64,000 bases of DNA from a virus. Its lineage: Duplodnaviria > Caudoviricetes. The DNA is taken from the IMG/VR virus record IMGVR_UViG_3300028888_000052; one strand, 5' to 3'. Under the pieces are notes generated by a model. That model was not told the origin of the DNA, ran no database searches, and saw nothing but the letters and a program-made list of their open reading frames with translations. Both the position numbers and the translations under genes were made by a program. Of the stretch, positions 62,301 through 64,000 are shown piece after piece (the first letter of the stretch is position 1; every line of letters starts with the position of its first letter).

Positions 62301-63355
62301 ATGATATGTTTGATGATGAATATGTCATGATTAAAACATTAGTTGATAATGTAATTGAATTGGAAGAACTTATAAAAAGTGTAAATACTGAAACATTTGA
62401 TACTAAATTATCAGCAATTATAGAATCATTTAATAGTGCAATCACCAAACTTTCAACCATTAGTAATTCAAAATCTAATGTAACTGATGGTGGTGGATTC
62501 TTTGCTGATTTAGGAGATAAATTATTAGGAAAAGGTGTTACAATCACTGATGACATTAATTTATTCTGTGATGTAATAGAAAGAATAATTGAATTATCTA
62601 AACAAGCAGCAGAAGCTAAAGAAGATGGTTATGAATATATTGGTGATGGTATTGATTATATCAATGAAGCAGTAAATAATATTCAAGACCAACAAACATT
62701 CGAACAACATCAAAAGATTATGGACAAGTATGTTAATACTGTCAATAAGATTGATGTGATGAAAGCTAACAAACTTATAAATCTTGTTAATGCTATGAAT
62801 GTTTTAGCTTCACGTATGGGTAACTTGGATAATCTTACAGCCGCTATTTCAGATGGTTTAACACTTGTATTAGATAAATTAGTAAGAGAATTGACTACAG
62901 CTAAAGAAACAATCGAAAAAGCAGAGAAGTTGCAAAAATCTAGATATGATTTAATTAAGTCACAAGTTAATGATGTTAAGACTATTATGTCACAAACTCT
63001 TACTATAGAAATATCTAAAGTTGAAGATAATCAATCATTAAATGATAATTCAACTTCAGTCACAACTACTAATGATCAATCTAATACAAACAACAATAAT
63101 AATAATGGAGGTGGTAACCCAGTAAGTAATCAAGATAATACAACAAATCAAGCTGGCCCAGATAACATAAATTCAAATGGAGGTCCTACAAAGAGAACTA
63201 AGAGCCAACCAGATATAGCTACAGCTAATGCTCAACGTAGACAAACAACAAACCAAGGTATGTCATTCGAACAACTTGAAGCATTACTTGAAAACAAGAT
63301 TCCAAATAGATTTAAATTAGACCCAAGAACTAATGTTATTACTCCAATAGGATAA
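53375..63355 (+). CDS. Tape-measure-like protein, 3326 aa, with multi-TM block and long repeats
   Basis: Mostly helical; about 500 aa of hydrophobic helices; about a dozen 85-100-aa repeats; followed by a tail-type gene. Confidence 0.65.
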   Translation: MADDKILSSLTNIGKDVKGIHGQVKKFGPKLPSGNSEEDELIDEAQLNTFTALAGLLGVLFGKKVTKLGDVTQIINKSTTKDNLFVVLKNFVDAQINPKDLYRKDSILDKFIKQSIGAWTTEFKKSIKPLLQDIYGQDFTYLSDIFDTIDNLDLDGKFQELVSAIEELQDIIKNNKPLKEEKSELALGSTDILDNYVGEIKALLTAVNESVLKIDGKLPKDLSELIKQKEEEIAKGKIDIELISNTQDLNTLIETIKSFSENSENIDANFENIIKSINSLVNLIDNLNSELEKIDANKIARNISNIIEVLGKRGDNKETNGKNLHTLITNLMGIIPDASESATKKQDVQAAIDLIGTLTKIQSMKIGVSDISTILDSYIKITEKGGQMSKLFDNIRELGDVAINPDTEKSLKAIEKLFDLLQKDLYISPFKAIRIKFGLMNFRVILSKEFVKLTKSLEGLAKLSEEQNNSIVIINNLIEAISKIGDLGIFRQIKMMLNIKFLKSFLIKDIKDLLDEVRDSLSNSDADAIATVLENIDTIFNSLVNIGNIDIKEYGELKQRINYLMGILKDDLPEIIKQISSYKVELESIENISKYLDNVKHMLGALPGMFLLLGSILKLDLLNSNVIPQLNQSTILLSNLRMRSDMEALEFWDVLKYELSELENINTIISDNKTYKQTIKTIKSEMIPELVSIENFLMELNKLLEISIDKDSIKNLNEVITKFNELPFDNLPQTSVMNTVDEIVLVIKKIFEDLPKEKIDQNLLSSVIEDYTLLIMSFDKDTDLGKAITNIAVIKKSDFENLKNLAKYLNELNKIGKILVAVDSAEKILTGIETLVKMVININEKLNNAIKNVSIDQDQIKELSNGIKELMKVVVMSAALLIIAGMALMVVPIANIFMFTVTLTMFVGTILGVFGYASKYANPAMETLDDLTKLVVGSALVLIFGGLVAKLGILGDAFIFAMELAVFVGAITFLFAKASSQTQKAIEGLEDFTMLVVASGLVLILGSVIYHFIKWEDLFGFTIAVGAFIFAMTFTVAMFADQLKESLEGVKDLAILVVATGLTIALGSFMFKWVDWASAFLFVGATLLFTVAIVTIFGLLDSKLGILDPFRQALEGVKDLAILVIAAGLTLALGSFVYKYVDIASAFLFTAVLAGFIIAVMMPFILAKSSGMIGLAEKSGKEFGILLLFSTLVLMIGGLLFTLYPQIIPGTALFALVLGGFVWGVCTAFSKVDAEKIWPKAVAILLITVISGAVLLYAGKLIADNPNMAWAVPLFAVTLFGYLMGMTLVLKVLNNIKGDLIKGVIAIGLLCVVTMLAAKAIEMAAEMVHKYSWAEIGGGILALITGIGLIGLAYWAFGYAAFLDGGLGLGLAALALTAISGLSFLTVNALMYVTKHQKDIKVTEVKKFRNAIKAMGGLAEELVDQFGSLKMIFVLPTVSASVTTLGFALSQIAKAVADYSSLVVPEYEGKKIIRYRKLTSKDFNQAARNVKQIITVLGGAVIDTYDRKPEIFETNFFGRSKFATVTKSLKTLGPMLSTIAKAVKNYASLTIPEYKGGKEVVSYRKLGDEDFKAAARNVSVIITTLGGAVIDTYDKKPEIFETNFWGTSKFSKVTKSLKTLAPLISSIAKSVQTYANLKVADYGDVVEYDKNGNPKIKKYLPLTDQDFVSAATNVQTIISTLGGAIIACYDAKPEMYDSGLFRKSKFAKVVDANITLAKLISRIGKAVADMSNLKVATDWYTEGDNIGKPKKYEQLDNKHFKNASDNILTIITTLGKPIEKIAGDPKLFELYNSTSGFIGIGGNKSKFIKVIDGNIKLATLISRIGKAVADMANLKVATEWYTEGEHIGKPKKYEQLDNKHFSKASQNILTVITTLGKPIQKIAADQKQMELFESSSGFLGIGKKKSKFVTVIDGNLKLAGLISKIGSAIKDVSQLKLVTGYDKEGKPTGYKVMGQKEFTQAADNINKIITTLSNSIIQTYKKNPKLFEDGEDSDFAKANTAIGSMGQMISSIAGGISAYAQLRIPDWTAGTNSDGTPKKYLELNNKTFKAASESISAIISNIGKTVIDEYKKHDKWFDDGEDSDFAKACTAISSMGTMLGSISEGIKAYAELRIPTEYDKQGNPIKFRDLTNKDFENASQNIGYVVSTIGKAVMEMYTGKINGVQVIDAKLAKEMFDYDPEKSTDSIFAKVVQACTNIGDMIGSIAEGVQMYAEMKMPTGFDKEGKPIGYTKLDETTFTKAANTIGNIISVIGGAIDKTFYEHRNWFELPPLKKKGGFLGLGTVEEPNPSDPPFTKAVKGLSLMGNMIGSIAQGVQTFAAMKMPVEFAPDGTPTKYIQMDDAMYERAAVAIGKVVTSLGSSIDRAYWDNMTLFNNPNINKIMYAFTQMGQIISSMSRGVQEYAKLSIPDEIDPVTGKGKNYRKVEDSDFVTAGAQVAKVLTCIGQAIEDVAEGKTFQRWNSSKTLETVTNMYAKIVPTISNLANVIKQFASLSMPTGFDKNGKALGFEKMKDTDITAAGDAIGKVLTAIGQGIVNAIGDHPELFGQNGLEAIFNKKSVDELPVMVAAKAISTMATPIVQIAGVLKSYSGSQFFDPSDKEHKNPLTLSQDQINKAKDNMSAVISSLGEVMWQELTQSSHKDIYTKQSNIESAKGVMDLTISIVSEIISGFMPIFTQLGQQITLGKKQTTVLNAFTDMVGDKPEIQDNLIKVINVVGSLGQAIAAKKIKDIAGQDEQYKTALDTTTNILTDAYVMASIAEKLKVNDKDILTIFQEAGYSKYCNGITHIVDVFGSIAFYIKNNRIKDVEDYDERYKYLKDVVVNISKYARVISVWSDAKINGVLLSSYFSEKDNNGEYYVKIKLENIINTMKALSYLIKENDIKNVEGKEKNYQRLSVVVLSIISTMAKMTSSLNTNLSNIEKFIAYFPEYNDIDTKDPNIIKKFIKIIDNISDVLTNSFNDDLLESITNSHSILTDVNDMFDDEYVMIKTLVDNVIELEELIKSVNTETFDTKLSAIIESFNSAITKLSTISNSKSNVTDGGGFFADLGDKLLGKGVTITDDINLFCDVIERIIELSKQAAEAKEDGYEYIGDGIDYINEAVNNIQDQQTFEQHQKIMDKYVNTVNKIDVMKANKLINLVNAMNVLASRMGNLDNLTAAISDGLTLVLDKLVRELTTAKETIEKAEKLQKSRYDLIKSQVNDVKTIMSQTLTIEISKVEDNQSLNDNSTSVTTTNDQSNTNNNNNNGGGNPVSNQDNTTNQAGPDNINSNGGPTKRTKSQPDIATANAQRRQTTNQGMSFEQLEALLENKIPNRFKLDPRTNVITPIG

Positions 63356-63373
63356 AATAATTAAATATAATAT

Positions 63374-63553
63374 ATGAAGGCGTATAATTTGTATTATAAA
63401 TCAAGAAAAATCAATAGAGTGCCAATGGATATTGATACATTAAAAATGGTATTACAAGAAAAATTCATTTATAAGCAAACATCAATTCCTGGACAAGTTG
63501 AAAAAATTCCTACAAATGAAATTGTTGCAAAACAATGTACTCTTTTAATATAA
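63374..63553 (+). CDS. Small hypothetical protein, 59 aa (not in the ORF track)
   Basis: MKAYNLYYKSRKINRVPMDID...QCTLLI. Confidence 0.6.
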   Translation: MKAYNLYYKSRKINRVPMDIDTLKMVLQEKFIYKQTSIPGQVEKIPTNEIVAKQCTLLI

Positions 63554-63571
63554 AAAAATCTATGAAATAAA

Positions 63572-64000
63572 ATGTTTACATTAAAAGGAAGACAAGATGG
63601 TTTTAGATTAATATTACCTAAAGAATTTATTGTACCAGAAATTGAAGAGAAATATACTAAGATAATTAGAAGCAAATTATCTTTCTATAATACTCCTATT
63701 GATTTTATAAATGAAACTATCAAAAGTGTAGAAGTATTAGGTTTTAATAATGCAACTTTTCAAGGTAATCAAGTTAGTACTGGTGAACCTATGATTAATC
63801 CAGAAAGAAAAGATCAAAATGCATTTAGTTTCCCTGAATCTGAATATCATTATAGATCAGCTTCTTCTCCTATTGCTTTAATTGATAGAACTATCAATAT
63901 CAAATTTAGACATACTTTAGGATATTTGAATTATTTCTTATTGTTTGAGAATTTCTGGTATCAATATACAAGAGATAGAAAATCACAATTTTTCAATAAC
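63572..64000 (+). CDS. Partial gene, possibly tail-tube-like
   Basis: MFTLKGRQDGFRLILPKEF...INETIKSVEVLG...RTINIKFRH..GYLNY; open to the window end. Confidence 0.55.
   Translation, partial: MFTLKGRQDGFRLILPKEFIVPEIEEKYTKIIRSKLSFYNTPIDFINETIKSVEVLGFNNATFQGNQVSTGEPMINPERKDQNAFSFPESEYHYRSASSPIALIDRTINIKFRHTLGYLNYFLLFENFWYQYTRDRKSQFFNN

Noticed and set aside
53440-62556. Antisense ORFs within the tape-measure-like gene, and similar short shadow ORFs elsewhere in the track
   Set aside because: Reverse-frame by-products of codon bias in real genes; no independent start context
1-64000. Active TAG-to-Gln recoding
   Set aside because: Genes, including the 10-kb ORF, are intact under the standard code and none appear split at TAG
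1-64000. tRNA or rRNA genes
   Set aside because: No GC-rich cloverleaf or TTCGA-type T-loop context seen in the short intergenic gaps

Overview
A very AT-rich (roughly 25% GC by eye), gene-dense segment of a large T4-like/jumbo tailed phage that probably infects Bacteroidota (Prevotella-type OmpA, Bacteroides-type M15A endolysin, TAnnTTTG promoter element, no Shine-Dalgarno sites). A relationship to Lak-type megaphages is my inference only. Layout: 1-19.3 kb, minus-strand virion genes (a >1120-aa protein with 37-aa His-x-His tandem repeats, baseplate hub-like and gp53-like genes, Thr-rich Ig/fibre proteins); 19.4-28.7 kb, plus-strand early/middle genes (DEDDh exonuclease, YqeY, HAD phosphatase, S1-domain protein, many hypotheticals); 28.7-32 kb, minus-strand lysis-type module; 32.2-40.4 kb, a head-associated island containing T4 gp4-like and gp2-like genes; 40.4-46.9 kb, UDP-glucuronate decarboxylase, GT2, stand-alone peptidase-G2 domain and dUTPase; 47-52 kb, small early genes behind repeated promoter cassettes; then OmpA, a 3326-aa tape-measure-like protein and a partial tail-type gene. 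The strongest signal is that 11 otherwise unrelated proteins start with a precisely spaced 10-residue leader M-K/R-x-I/L-x-x-x-I/V/L-x-E, and 3-4 more carry near variants. The leader matches the T4 capsid-targeting sequence, which suggests a set of packaged and injected proteins that includes a NUDIX hydrolase. Other candidates: a spanin-like protein that may be anchored by a beta-barrel, an Ig domain captured between 36-bp direct repeats, a structured RNA leader, two promoter classes, and near-total avoidance of TAG. I saw no tRNA, rRNA, CRISPR array or transposase. All functional calls come from reading motifs, with no database searches.
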